DNA of 64,000 nucleotides from Spirochaetia bacterium (GTDB taxonomy: Bacteria; Spirochaetota; Spirochaetia; SZUA-6; Bin103), in contig CBDBDQ010000005.1 of the NCBI GenBank assembly GCA_965203905.1, positions 2,880,001 through 2,944,000 on the forward strand, in the 5' to 3' direction. Shown in pieces: positions 30,779 to 41,221 of the stretch. The notes under the pieces were generated by a model, which was given only the letters and a program-made list of their open reading frames with translations, ran no database searches and was not told where the DNA came from. Position 1 is the stretch's first letter, and each line of letters opens with the position of its first letter. The position numbers and the translations under genes were made by a program.

Positions 30779-31042
30779 ATGGCTTCAAATCAGCTCGTCC
30801 AGGCCCGCATCGACGGAGCCGTGAAAGAAGAGGCGGCCGCCGTACTGGCCGCAATGGGCATGACCGTGTCCGATGCCGTGCGGCTACTGCTGACCCGGAT
30901 TGCGCAGGAAAAGGCCCTGCCATTCGCACCACTGATTCCAAACGCCGTCACCATTGAGGCGATGAAGGAAGCCCGCAAGGGCGGCCTCCCGCAGTTCGAC
31001 AGCGTGCAAGGTCTTATGAACGATCTGCATGCGCAAGATTGA
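30779..31042 (+). CDS. RelB/DinJ-family antitoxin
   Basis: VQARID..GMTVSDAVRLLL..LPF..PNAVTIEAM. Confidence 0.9.
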   Translation: MASNQLVQARIDGAVKEEAAAVLAAMGMTVSDAVRLLLTRIAQEKALPFAPLIPNAVTIEAMKEARKGGLPQFDSVQGLMNDLHAQD

Positions 31043-31282
31043 GCGCACCGGCCAGTTCAAGCGCGATTACAAGCGCGAGGCCAAGGGGCAGCACCGGACG
31101 TCACTCGACGCCGACCTGGTGCCCGTCCTGGTTGCGCTGGCCGATGACCAGCCGCTGGAGCCTGGCACCACGACCATGCGCTGAGCGGCGACTGGAAAGA
31201 TCACCGCGATTGCCACGTAAAGCCCGACGCCGCAACACTGCGGCTTGTTCGCCTCGGATCACATTCGGAACTCGGGTTCTGA
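31029..31282 (+). pseudogene. yafQ: YafQ-family toxin, frameshifted with internal deletion
   Basis: FKRDYKR..; shifted frame DHALSGDWKDHRDCHVKPD..LVRLGSHSEL; LVLIY segment absent. Confidence 0.82.
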
Positions 31283-31461
31283 CCCGTTTACCCCTCGTTT
31301 AGCCCCGTTTAGAGCGACCATGTTGGTGGCTTGTTTTCCCGCCAAGCTCGTGGTCACGAAGCCGGCGTCCCATCTCTGGTACGCGCGGGAGGTTCGAGTG
31401 GCGCGGGCCGCGGATCGCCGCGGTAGACCGTGCAGGATGCGGTGTGCCACAGTGCACTGCG

Positions 31462-32622
31462 ATGAGCAAACGCATTGTGATCATTGGCCACACCGGTAAG
31501 GGAGACTACGGTCACAGTCTCGACCAGGCGTTCGTGGGCGTGGAGGGGGCGGAGATCGTCGCCCTGGCCGACCCCGACGCGGCGGGCCGGCGGCGGTTCG
31601 CCGAGCTGACCGGCGCCGCCGCCACCTACGCCGACTACCGCGAGATGCTGGCCGCCGAGAAGCCGGACATCGCGGTGATCGCCACCCACGAGATGAGCGG
31701 CCACCTGGAGATGGTGCTGGCGGCGGCCGCCGCGGGCGCCCACGTCTACGTCGAGAAGCCGCTGGCCACCACGCTCGGCGAGGTGGACCGGATGCTGGAA
31801 GCCTGTGACCGCGCCGGCGTGCTGCTGGTGATGGCGCACCCGTGGCGCGGCCGCCCGCAGATCCAGCAGCACGCGATCCCGATGATTCGCGGCGGCGAGA
31901 TCGGCGAGCCGCGCTGGGTGCGGCTGTACGGACATCCCTCCGGCCGGCCTACCGCGTACGGGGTATTCAGCGGCGACGCCTGGATGATCGACCTCTATCC
32001 GCACCTGTTCGACTTCGCCTGCCAACTGTTCGGAGCGCCGCTCTGGTGCCAGTCGCTCATTACCACCGACGGCCGGCCGGCCACGCCGGACGACCTGGTC
32101 GAGGGGCCGTTCGGGATGGGCCCCACCGCCGGCAACGGCCTCGCCGCACAGTTTCAGTTCCCGGACTGCACCGTGGAGTTCGTCTCCTACTGGGCCAGCC
32201 GCACGGGCTGGCAGCACGGCGAGTCCCTGCCCTACGGCGCGGAGGTGCACGGCACCGCCGGCACGCTGTGCCTGCCCGGACCCACCATTGAGGGCCCCGA
32301 CCTGTACCTGCACCCCTTCACCCACTCCCGCGGCCCCACCTGGGGCAACCCGCACCCCGCGCTCGCCGGCGCCCCGCAGTGGCAGGTGCTGGCGCACGAG
32401 GAGGTCCAGTCGCGCCAGAAGTGGGTGAATGCGCACCACCGCATGGCGCGCTCCCTGCTCGACCTGCTCGACGGCCGGCAGCCGGAGTACGAGCTGTGCA
32501 TCGGCCAGGCCGCCCGCCTGCTGGTGGAGATGGCGACCGCGGTGCGGCTGGCGCACATCCGCGGCGCACGCGTCGCCTTCCCGGTCACCGAAGCCGGCAA
32601 CCCGTTCGAGAACTGGAGCTGA
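31462..32622 (+). CDS. Gfo/Idh/MocA oxidoreductase
   Basis: DYREML, HVYVEKPLA motif. Confidence 0.88.
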   Translation: MSKRIVIIGHTGKGDYGHSLDQAFVGVEGAEIVALADPDAAGRRRFAELTGAAATYADYREMLAAEKPDIAVIATHEMSGHLEMVLAAAAAGAHVYVEKPLATTLGEVDRMLEACDRAGVLLVMAHPWRGRPQIQQHAIPMIRGGEIGEPRWVRLYGHPSGRPTAYGVFSGDAWMIDLYPHLFDFACQLFGAPLWCQSLITTDGRPATPDDLVEGPFGMGPTAGNGLAAQFQFPDCTVEFVSYWASRTGWQHGESLPYGAEVHGTAGTLCLPGPTIEGPDLYLHPFTHSRGPTWGNPHPALAGAPQWQVLAHEEVQSRQKWVNAHHRMARSLLDLLDGRQPEYELCIGQAARLLVEMATAVRLAHIRGARVAFPVTEAGNPFENWS

Positions 32623-32639
32623 TCTGCCATGATGCGGCC

Positions 32640-33569
32640 ATGAAGCTGATCTACGCGTTTCGTGGGCGCATCTTCTTTCCCTTTTACCACAAGAAGCCGT
32701 TTCCCGTGTTCCTGCCTCCACCGGAAGTGCGCACCCGGTGGTTGAGCAAGGTGCGCGACATCGGCTTCGAGGGGCTGGAGCTTGGCCTCGATGACCTGAT
32801 CGACAGGAGCGACGCCGAAGTCGACGACCTGGGCCGGGAGCTGCGCGATGCCGGCCTGCCCTGTCTCGGCATCCGCGGCGGCGGCGGGCTGCACCATCCG
32901 CGGGTCGCGAGGCAGAACCGCGCCCGCCTGGAACGCGGCATCGACCTGGCGGCGCGGATCGGGGCCGGCGTCCTCAACACGCTGACCAACGCGCCGCTGG
33001 AGCCCGACCTGCCGGGCGCCGGCAGCGGCTGGGGAGGGCTGGTGTCGCAGAACTCCAGCCGGGGGGCGAGCGAGTCGGACTACCGCTGCAACGCCGAGGG
33101 GCTCGCCGCGGTCGCGGAGCGGGCCGCCGACCTGGGCGTAGCGATCAGCATCGAGCTGCACCAGAACACCATCTGCGACAACAGTTGGTCGCTGATCCAC
33201 CTGCTGGAGCTGATCGACCGGCCCAACGTGGGCGCCAATCCCGACCTGGGCAACGTCTACTGGACCTACGAGACTCCGGAGGAGAGCTGCGAGGAAGCGA
33301 TCCTGGCCCTCGCTCCGCATGCCAACTACTGGCACATGAAGAACCTGCTGCGGGTCCCGCTGCCCGGGATGCAGCGCGCGGTGTACCTGCGCCGCCCGAT
33401 CCCGGACGGCGAGATCAACTACCGCTTCGCGGTGGCCGCCATGCTCGACGCGGGCTACGACGGCTGCTTCGGGGTGGAGGGCATGATCGCCGGCGACCAG
33501 CTTACCGACGACGCCCGCAGCTACCGCCGCATCAGGAGCCTGATCAAAGAGACTCAAGGCGTCCCGTAG
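32640..33569 (+). CDS. Sugar phosphate isomerase/epimerase (xylose-isomerase-like TIM barrel)
   Basis: GFEGLE, IELH, NPDLGN, HMKN, GEINY, GVE. Confidence 0.85.
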   Translation: MKLIYAFRGRIFFPFYHKKPFPVFLPPPEVRTRWLSKVRDIGFEGLELGLDDLIDRSDAEVDDLGRELRDAGLPCLGIRGGGGLHHPRVARQNRARLERGIDLAARIGAGVLNTLTNAPLEPDLPGAGSGWGGLVSQNSSRGASESDYRCNAEGLAAVAERAADLGVAISIELHQNTICDNSWSLIHLLELIDRPNVGANPDLGNVYWTYETPEESCEEAILALAPHANYWHMKNLLRVPLPGMQRAVYLRRPIPDGEINYRFAVAAMLDAGYDGCFGVEGMIAGDQLTDDARSYRRIRSLIKETQGVP

Positions 33570-33739
33570 CATCCGGCCCGGCCCGCGCAACCGCCGCCGG
33601 AAGTGGCCGAAGCTACCAGCCTATGCCCTGGTCCGAAAGTGGCGGCCACCGTGCACTGCCCCCATGCGCTGTTTTCATGGCCAGAGGCCGAAGAAGGGCA
33701 GCAATGATGATTGGCAGCACCCGCACGATCGGGATGCGC

Positions 33740-33999
33740 GGATCAACATTCTCAAGCGGATGCTGATCCATGTCTGGGCGTTCAACCTGAGCCTGATCAT
33801 GCGCCGGTCGTTCGGCTACGGCACACCCCGTGGTCTCGCGAGCGCGCTCTCGCGCCTACTCGTTTGCGGTCGCCATCACCTCCAGCGCATCTGCCATCAC
33901 CTGCGGAGGATGATTCAAATCCTCATATCGACCCGTTCGGCTCAGCCGTCTCTCACCGGCACCGCCCTCGCTGGCCGGTGCTTCGCCACGGGCTGCTAG
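33740..33999 (+). mobile_element. C-terminal remnant and right end of IS1182/IS5-like transposase
   Basis: NILKRMLIHVWAFNLSLIMR..GTPRGL; ends CGCCACGGGCTGCTAG. Confidence 0.65.
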
Positions 34000-34049
34000 T
34001 GCTGGTTGACTTCTTCCCGCAATCTGGGATACCGTCAAAAGAAGGCGAC

Positions 34050-34517
34050 GTTGAGCCAGGTGCCCAAGCAACGCCAGCTGCTGACGAAGATTCCGTATCA
34101 GGCCAGCGAGCGCCGGGCGCGGGAAAAGAAGCGGGTGTTTCAGAACTGGTGTCTTGGTCACGGCTATGAGCGGGCCGCCGAGCTGATCGACGAGAACTGG
34201 GAGCAGATGGTGAGTTTCTACCGGTTCCCGCGCGGCCACTGGCGGCACCAACAAGCGACCAACGTGGTGGAGTCGCCGTTTGCGGCGTTGCGGCTGCGCA
34301 CGGACGCGGCGAAACGATTCAAGAAGGTCGCCAACGCGACCGCCGTGGTATGGAAGATGTTGTTGGTCGCCGAACGCAAGTTCCGGCGACTCAACTCGCC
34401 TGAGCTACTGCCGGCCGTAGCCGCCGGGCAGCAGTATCACGACGGCCTACTGATCAGAGGAGGCTAAGACCAAGAGGCTGCCGCCTGATCTGTTTACACG
34501 CCTATTGACGGAACCTC
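34050..34517 (+). mobile_element. IS256-family transposase 3' remnant with right IR
   Basis: FYRFPRGHW..TNVVESPFAALRLRT; end TTTACACGCCTATTGACGGAACCTC. Confidence 0.8.
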
Positions 34518-34635
34518 CCGCAATTCAAATCTAGTTATAGCGTGCTTCCGGGTTCTGTGTGGGTGTAGTGTACCAAGCGCTCGTCGGTATCGAGCGTCGT
34601 GGTACTCGAGTTGCAAAACCGTTGGAGGACCAAAC

Positions 34636-36357
34636 ATGTTCAAAGGAAACCAAACCTGCCTTGCAATCTTGATTTTCGCGCTTTCGGTATCTTCCGTCTT
34701 TGCCGAAGGTTCACAAGAGCAGGAAGCCGTCGAAGTGGAGGAAGGCGTACCCACATACGGTGGGACGCTTACCTATTATGAGAGGGACCATTCGACCGAA
34801 CCAGAAAGCCCGGGCATTGCTAATGCTGCTTATTTCTCACTCACTTGGCTCTGCCACATTCAAGAGAAGCCAGTGCTTGGCGATCTGGAGAAATACGGGC
34901 CCAGAGGCAGCGGTGAAACCAATTTTCAGGTGACTGCGCTTATTCCCGAGAGGTTCCAAAGAGGTCACTTAATCGAAAGTTGGGAGATTACTCCTGACGA
35001 GATAACCTGGCACGTACGTCCAGGAATCCATTGGGCGGCGGACAACGTCGATTGGATGGAAAACAGGGAACTAACTGCGGAGGACCTCGCCCTTGACATA
35101 ATCGCCTTCTGGAAATCTCCATGGGGCGGAAGGTTCGAGGGAATACTAGCTGATGTATACGCCACGGATAGATACACCTTAGTGATCGAATTCGAAAACT
35201 ATTCTGGTCAGCTTATGTATTACCTGAGTTATGAGGATCGTGCGATATATAGTCCACCCGAATTGGAAGCCAATGGTCCTGATAAGTGGGAAAATCAGGT
35301 TGGCACTGGACCGTTCATGTTCGAAGAGTATGTCATTGGTTCTCATATGAGCTTCGTAAGGAATCCCAATTACTGGAAAACGACAACCATTGACGGTGTG
35401 GAATATCAACTACCGTTTGCAGACAGGCTGGTCGCGCCCATCATTCCCGATGTGTCTACCCAAATGGCCGCCCTGCGAACAGGGACGATTGACATGTATG
35501 GGTTCGCTCCTGTCTCGACTTTCAATACCTTGGACAGGGTGCCCGAGCTGAAAAACGCCAAGTATTCGGATGTAGGGTTTGGCGTGATGTTAAGGAATGA
35601 CGAGCCACCTTTCAATGATGTAAACGTTCGCCGAGCTATGATGCTTGGCACAGACCTGAAAGCCTTCGCCAGATTCGGGCAGGCAGGAGACCTGCCAGCA
35701 CACTGGTGGCCGAGCCACTCGGGGAATCCTGACGTTTACACGCCACAGGAAGAGCTGAATGAGGACAGCCAAACACTGTACGAGTATGACCCAGAAACAG
35801 CTAGGCAGATGCTGGCAGACGCGGGCTACCCCAATGGCTTTGAGATCGATTATTTCATTACGCCTAAAATTCCGCCACTGGGGTCCGAAGATCTCGCGGC
35901 TCTGGTTAAAGACAGTTGGGCTAAGATTGGTGTTGAGGTCAACATAAGGTCTTTCGATTCCACTACCTTTACGATGTATCGACAGACGAACTCCTATACC
36001 GACGCTATGCAGCTTGGTACGCAGGTCGGAAACCCACTTAATGTGATCGCTGACATAGGCACGATAGGCGGAGAATTCAACGTTGCTCGGTATCGCAACG
36101 AGCTTGTTGATGAGCTGGTGACCGAGGCGAAGGCGGAGATGGATTTCGTGCAGCGAGACCGGCTACTGAAAGAGGCAAGTGTCCACATAATCGATGAGGT
36201 CCCGTTTGTGCCTCTCTACCTTGCGCCGCAGGGCCACTATTGGTGGCCGTGGCTGAGAAACTACTTTGGCGAACTTAGTATTAGCGACGGGTTTTTGACT
36301 GAAATCCTACCCTACATCTGGATTGACCAAGACCTAAAGGCAGATATGGGGTTTTAG
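34636..36357 (+). CDS. ABC substrate-binding protein, family 5 (lower GC)
   Basis: PTYGG, VGTGPF, RNPNYW, PPFNDVNVRRAM. Confidence 0.9.
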   Translation: MFKGNQTCLAILIFALSVSSVFAEGSQEQEAVEVEEGVPTYGGTLTYYERDHSTEPESPGIANAAYFSLTWLCHIQEKPVLGDLEKYGPRGSGETNFQVTALIPERFQRGHLIESWEITPDEITWHVRPGIHWAADNVDWMENRELTAEDLALDIIAFWKSPWGGRFEGILADVYATDRYTLVIEFENYSGQLMYYLSYEDRAIYSPPELEANGPDKWENQVGTGPFMFEEYVIGSHMSFVRNPNYWKTTTIDGVEYQLPFADRLVAPIIPDVSTQMAALRTGTIDMYGFAPVSTFNTLDRVPELKNAKYSDVGFGVMLRNDEPPFNDVNVRRAMMLGTDLKAFARFGQAGDLPAHWWPSHSGNPDVYTPQEELNEDSQTLYEYDPETARQMLADAGYPNGFEIDYFITPKIPPLGSEDLAALVKDSWAKIGVEVNIRSFDSTTFTMYRQTNSYTDAMQLGTQVGNPLNVIADIGTIGGEFNVARYRNELVDELVTEAKAEMDFVQRDRLLKEASVHIIDEVPFVPLYLAPQGHYWWPWLRNYFGELSISDGFLTEILPYIWIDQDLKADMGF

Positions 36358-36454
36358 GTAGTGGTAGCTATCGCTGGGGCTTCGGCAGTTCCCGATATGG
36401 GAGAGGGGTAGGGACCTATAAGGGGGGCTTTCACAGCGGCTGAGCGAAGGCGGT

Positions 36455-37432
36455 ATGCGTGCTTACGTAATCAGAAGGTTGTTGCTAGTCATACCCACTG
36501 TGCTCGTTGTCAGTGTAGTGATCTTCTACCTGGTCGACTTGCTTCCAGGTGATATAATATCCGCGATGCGGACAGCCGATTTCGGCAGCACACTCGACAT
36601 GTCTGCTATTGAGGAGGCGTTGGGGCTGAATGCCCCAGCGCTCACCCGGTATGGACGCTGGCTCGGGGTCGCGCCGCAGGCGGACGGCGAGTTCAGTGGT
36701 ATTCTTCAGGGTGAGCTTGGGCTTTCCTGGTGGCGACGGATGCCCGTGCTTGAACTCCTGTCCACTAAATGGCCGGTAACCCTTGAGCTTGGCCTCCTGT
36801 CTCTAGCCATCAGCCAAATAATTGCCTTGCCCATAGGTATATATTCCGCGCTACGGCAGGACACCTGGGGTGACTATCTCGGCCGCACTTTCGCCATATT
36901 GTGTATCTCTGTCCCTGGTTTCTGGTTGGGGACCATGGTGATGGTCTTACCGGCAATCTGGTGGGGCTACATGCCGCCGATAATGCTTATCCCCTTTACC
37001 GAGGACCCAATTGCCAACCTGAGAATGTTCATAATCCCCGCTACCATTCTGGCGATGGCTATGGGCGGAATGGTCATGAGGATGACCCGAACGATGATGC
37101 TGGAGGTGCTGCGGCAGGACTACATAAGGACGGCGTGGGCAAAGGGCCTCAAGGAAAGGGTAATCGTGATGCGACATGCCCTGAAGAATGCGCTAATCCC
37201 GGTAGTCACCATAATAGGGATTCAGATACCGTTTCTAATTGGCGGTACGGTTGTCATAGAGCAGATATTTAGCCTGCCGGGGATGGGCCGCCTGATAGTA
37301 GATGCTATCAATCAGCGGGATTACCCGCTGATTAGCGGTACCGCGCTGCTTTTTACAGTCGTTTTGGTATTAGTCAACCTAGTCATTGATCTGTCCTACG
37401 CCTATTTGGACCCCAGAGTTCATTATGGATAG
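36455..37432 (+). CDS. Opp/Dpp-type ABC permease B
   Basis: QDYIRTAWAKGL, LDPRV. Confidence 0.92.
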   Translation: MRAYVIRRLLLVIPTVLVVSVVIFYLVDLLPGDIISAMRTADFGSTLDMSAIEEALGLNAPALTRYGRWLGVAPQADGEFSGILQGELGLSWWRRMPVLELLSTKWPVTLELGLLSLAISQIIALPIGIYSALRQDTWGDYLGRTFAILCISVPGFWLGTMVMVLPAIWWGYMPPIMLIPFTEDPIANLRMFIIPATILAMAMGGMVMRMTRTMMLEVLRQDYIRTAWAKGLKERVIVMRHALKNALIPVVTIIGIQIPFLIGGTVVIEQIFSLPGMGRLIVDAINQRDYPLISGTALLFTVVLVLVNLVIDLSYAYLDPRVHYG

Positions 37433-38363
37433 CGGGAAGATCGGCGAAGGTCGTGGTGTGAAGACCAGCGAGAGATCAGTGGTCGCTCAGAAAAGGAAAC
37501 ACTCCTGGCTGGTCGGTTCCTTGATAAAGCTGATAAAAGAGAAGAGACTCGGTGCTGCTGGCGGTATTGTGACCCTATTTCTGCTGCTGATCGGGATTTT
37601 TGCGGACTTCCTTGCCCCCTATGGTATGAACGAGACCTGGGTGGGAGATTTCATAGCACCGCCATCAGCCGAATTCTGGTTGGGGACGGATAATGTGGGG
37701 CGAGACTTGCTGTCGCGGGTCATCTTTGGGGCCCGTGTCTCGGTGATAGTGGGATTGGGTTCCTCTACCATGGCTACCGCCATTTCTTTAGTCATTGGTA
37801 TGGTGAGTGGCTATATTGGCGGCAAGCTTGACCTGCTAGTGCAGAGGATCGTTGATATATGGATGGTCTTGCCTGGGCTGATCATCATGATGATTATGAT
37901 AACTATCATCGGGCCAGGTGTGTGGCAGATAATCATCGTTATAGGGATAACATCAGGTGTGCCCGGTTCCAGAATAGTGAGAAGTGCGGTGATCGGTGTT
38001 AAGGAGAATGACTATGTAGGGGTGGCGGTGGCGATCGGCTGTCGCGCCAGCAGAATACTTGTCCGGCACATCCTCCCTAATATTCTGGCGCCCACAATCA
38101 TCGTGTTTACCACGCGCGTGCCGAATGCGATTCTGGTTGAGGCTAGCTTGAGCTTCCTCGGCTTTGGCATACCTCCCCCGACTCCCAGCTGGGGCGGCAT
38201 GCTTAGTGGCACTGGGCGTGCCTTCATGTTCGATGCCCCATGGATGGTCATATGGCCCGGTCTGGCCCTAGCCACAGTGGTCTATGCTATAAATATGTTT
38301 GGCGATGCGGTAAGGGATCTGTTGGATCCGAAGTTGAGGGGAGCGTCGGACGCTATGGGCTGA
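37425..38363 (+). CDS. Opp/Dpp-type ABC permease C
   Basis: LGTDNVGRDLLSR, EASLSFLG, GDAVRDLLDP. Confidence 0.92.
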   Translation: MDSGKIGEGRGVKTSERSVVAQKRKHSWLVGSLIKLIKEKRLGAAGGIVTLFLLLIGIFADFLAPYGMNETWVGDFIAPPSAEFWLGTDNVGRDLLSRVIFGARVSVIVGLGSSTMATAISLVIGMVSGYIGGKLDLLVQRIVDIWMVLPGLIIMMIMITIIGPGVWQIIIVIGITSGVPGSRIVRSAVIGVKENDYVGVAVAIGCRASRILVRHILPNILAPTIIVFTTRVPNAILVEASLSFLGFGIPPPTPSWGGMLSGTGRAFMFDAPWMVIWPGLALATVVYAINMFGDAVRDLLDPKLRGASDAMG

Positions 38364-38450
38364 CATTGCAGAGAAGATAGAGTTGCCATCGCGGTGGAGG
38401 TCTACATATCCGGAACTGCTCGTGGCACACAACGATAGTAGGAGCTGATT

Positions 38451-39287
38451 GTGCTTGGAGACCTTGCAGGTAGGGTAGCCTTCATAACGGGGGCAAGTCA
38501 GGGGATAGGCCGAAGCATCTGTCTGATCATGGCAGCGCAAGGGGCTGACATAGTTGCGGCGGATATAGACACGGAAGGGGCCCGTGAGGTAGCCACGGAG
38601 ATAGAGATGCTAGGTCGCAAGCCCTTGGTGGTGCAACTGGACGTTGCCCAGCGGGACTCAGCGGTCGCCGCTGTCAAGCAGGCTCTGGATGCCTTCGGCA
38701 ACGTTGACATCTTGGTCAACAACGCCTCGGTTGTGTCTGCCCCCAACAGCACGTCTCATGAAGACGGTATGGATACGGATGAGGATTGGCGCGTCGTCTT
38801 CGCCGTGAACGTGTTGGGCCCGATACATTGCTGTGAGGCCGTCATACCGCATATGAGGGAAAGGCGGTACGGAAAGATAATCAACATCGGTTCCGTTGCA
38901 GCACACGCCGGCCGTCCCCCACGGGTAGCAGGGATGGGATACCCGAATGCCTACCCGGTGAGCAAAGCGGCACTCCTCAGATATACCAAAGCGCTTGTTC
39001 ACCAGGTCTCTGCATTCAACATCAACGTGAACGCAATCTGCCCTTCAATGGTATGGACACCAAGCGTGCGCCGGTCGATCGAAGAGATGATCCGCCTGAG
39101 CCCCGAACTAGCCAACAAGGACCCGCACGATGTGTACCTGGATATGCGCCGCGCAGAGGTACCGCTAGGCCGCGAGCAGGCACCAGAGGAGATTGCCAAG
39201 ATGGCGGCGTTCCTTGCTTCGGAAGACGCGCGTAACGTGACGGGACAATGCATACACGTGGACGGAGGGATGATATTGCGCGACTAA
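38451..39287 (+). CDS. Short-chain dehydrogenase/reductase
   Basis: TGASQGIG, VNNA, YPVSK, VTGQCIHVDGG. Confidence 0.92.
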   Translation: MLGDLAGRVAFITGASQGIGRSICLIMAAQGADIVAADIDTEGAREVATEIEMLGRKPLVVQLDVAQRDSAVAAVKQALDAFGNVDILVNNASVVSAPNSTSHEDGMDTDEDWRVVFAVNVLGPIHCCEAVIPHMRERRYGKIINIGSVAAHAGRPPRVAGMGYPNAYPVSKAALLRYTKALVHQVSAFNINVNAICPSMVWTPSVRRSIEEMIRLSPELANKDPHDVYLDMRRAEVPLGREQAPEEIAKMAAFLASEDARNVTGQCIHVDGGMILRD

Positions 39288-39348
39288 AGTTCAATATCAC
39301 GGCAAACCCGCATCGAACGATAGCATTTGGCAAAATGGAGGTGATGAC

Positions 39349-40434
39349 TTGGCCAACCGAATTGCAGTACTAGGAGCCGGGGCTGTTGGCAGTTGCATCG
39401 GGGCCTACCTCGCACTGGAAGGCCATGATGTGACGTTGATAGACCAGTGGCCGGAGCATGTGGACAGGATGAAGCGCGACGGTCTCACGGTGAGGGATCC
39501 GGAGAAAGAGTTCACCGTGCCGGTCAAGGCCTTACACTTGTGCGAGGTAAGCGGCCTTCAGGACCAGTTCGATATAGTTTTCCTGGCGGTCAAGTCCTAC
39601 GACACCCTTTGGTCGACACACTTCATCGCACCATACCTGAAGCCCACGGGGCTTATGCTCTCCGCGCAGAACGGTATGAACGACGAGGTGGTGGCTGGTG
39701 TTGTCGGTTTCGACCGCACCGCGGGATGCGTGGTGCAGTTGGGGGCGGCAACGTACGAGCCGGGTTATGTTGTCCGCACCGAACCTATCAATGTTCACAC
39801 TTTTGCCGTTGGGGAACTTGCTGGTGCAGCGACGCCGCGGGTGCGCAACGTAGCCGACTCCTTGAGGGCTGCGGGCCCGAGCGAGGTGACGAGCAACATT
39901 GAAGGGGCACGGTGGTCCAAGATGGTAGTCAATTGCATGGGCAATGCTCTGGCCGGTCTGCTGGGACCTGCGGCATCCTCACTGACCCTGGAGCAGCAGG
40001 AGCTTGCCGCCCTTGTCAGGATGGTGCTCGGCAGGGAGGTAGTGTTGGTAGCGCAGAAGCTTGGGGTGGAGGTCGAGCCGATATATGGCGTTTCCGTTCA
40101 GGAGTTTGCCGAAGCAACCACACCTGACGCGCTGACGGCCTTGAGGGCCAAGCTGGAATCGGGCTCGCGTGATAGAAGCCTGACCCCCGACCAAGCGCGT
40201 TTGCTGGGCGTGCCACCACGCGCATCCCTGCTGCAGGATGTGATCAAGGGGAGGCGGACGGAAATAGATTATCTCAACGGTTACGTTGTGCACCGAGGCC
40301 GAGAGGTAGGAGTATTCATACCGTTAAACCAGGCAATGGTAGAGCTGGTGAAGCAGGTGGAGCGCGGAGAGGCGCAGCCCGGACCATCGAACCTGCAGCA
40401 ACTTGAGCACCACTTGGCATTCCAGGTCCATTAA
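39349..40434 (+). CDS. Ketopantoate reductase (PanE/ApbA) family protein
   Basis: GAGAVG, AVKSYD, QNG, WSKMVVN, SLLQD..RTEIDYLNG. Confidence 0.88.
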   Translation: MANRIAVLGAGAVGSCIGAYLALEGHDVTLIDQWPEHVDRMKRDGLTVRDPEKEFTVPVKALHLCEVSGLQDQFDIVFLAVKSYDTLWSTHFIAPYLKPTGLMLSAQNGMNDEVVAGVVGFDRTAGCVVQLGAATYEPGYVVRTEPINVHTFAVGELAGAATPRVRNVADSLRAAGPSEVTSNIEGARWSKMVVNCMGNALAGLLGPAASSLTLEQQELAALVRMVLGREVVLVAQKLGVEVEPIYGVSVQEFAEATTPDALTALRAKLESGSRDRSLTPDQARLLGVPPRASLLQDVIKGRRTEIDYLNGYVVHRGREVGVFIPLNQAMVELVKQVERGEAQPGPSNLQQLEHHLAFQVH

Positions 40435-40450
40435 ACGAAGGAGAAAAAAG

Positions 40451-41167
40451 ATGCATAGCAACAAAATATTGGCCAAGGTCAAGGCCGGTGAGAAGGCGGT
40501 GGGGCTGCAAATACCGTTTTGCAGTCCTGACTTGGTGGAACTTATGGGGATAACCGGGATCGATTATGTTTTCGTGGATTGCGAACACGGTTCCTTCTCC
40601 TTGAGTGATGTCGAGACGATGTGCCGGGCGGCGGAGCTGGCCGGGATAACTCCTGTCGTGCGCGTGGTCGATGTCGAGCCCAGCACCATTTTGCGCTTCA
40701 TCGTCAGGGGTGCCATGGGGATTATCGGTCCCCATATAAGAACCAAGGCTCAGGCCGAGCAACTGGTGGGAGCATGCCTTTTCGCACCCCGGGGTATGCG
40801 CAGTTACGGCAATGCCCGTGGCGATTACTACGGCACCCCCGACTCAGCCAGTGAGCATATGCGCCGCGCGAACGAAGAGATGTTTATCTGTGGAATGATC
40901 GAGGAGGAGGAAGGGTTCGACAACTTGCCGGAGATTCTGACCGTAGACGGGCTGGACTTTTTCAAGTTCGGTGTACATGACATCTCGCTGGATATGAAAC
41001 TGCCTGGTCAGTTCGACCATCCGAAAGTCAAACAAGCGATCGAGGGGGCAACGCAGCAGATACGTGCCGCAGGCAAAATGGTGACCGACGACGTGATGTG
41101 GGAAGATACCGTATCGGACCTGTTCCTGGGTGCAGCGAGGGAATTCGCTATCAGGGGTAGGACCTGA
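40451..41167 (+). CDS. HpcH/HpaI aldolase family
   Basis: FVDCEHG, VRV, MIE, GVHDIS. Confidence 0.88.
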   Translation: MHSNKILAKVKAGEKAVGLQIPFCSPDLVELMGITGIDYVFVDCEHGSFSLSDVETMCRAAELAGITPVVRVVDVEPSTILRFIVRGAMGIIGPHIRTKAQAEQLVGACLFAPRGMRSYGNARGDYYGTPDSASEHMRRANEEMFICGMIEEEEGFDNLPEILTVDGLDFFKFGVHDISLDMKLPGQFDHPKVKQAIEGATQQIRAAGKMVTDDVMWEDTVSDLFLGAAREFAIRGRT

Positions 41168-41221
41168 AACCAACAATAGTCAACAACGTGAGCAATCGTT
41201 AATGCGGATAGCGTGCGGCGC

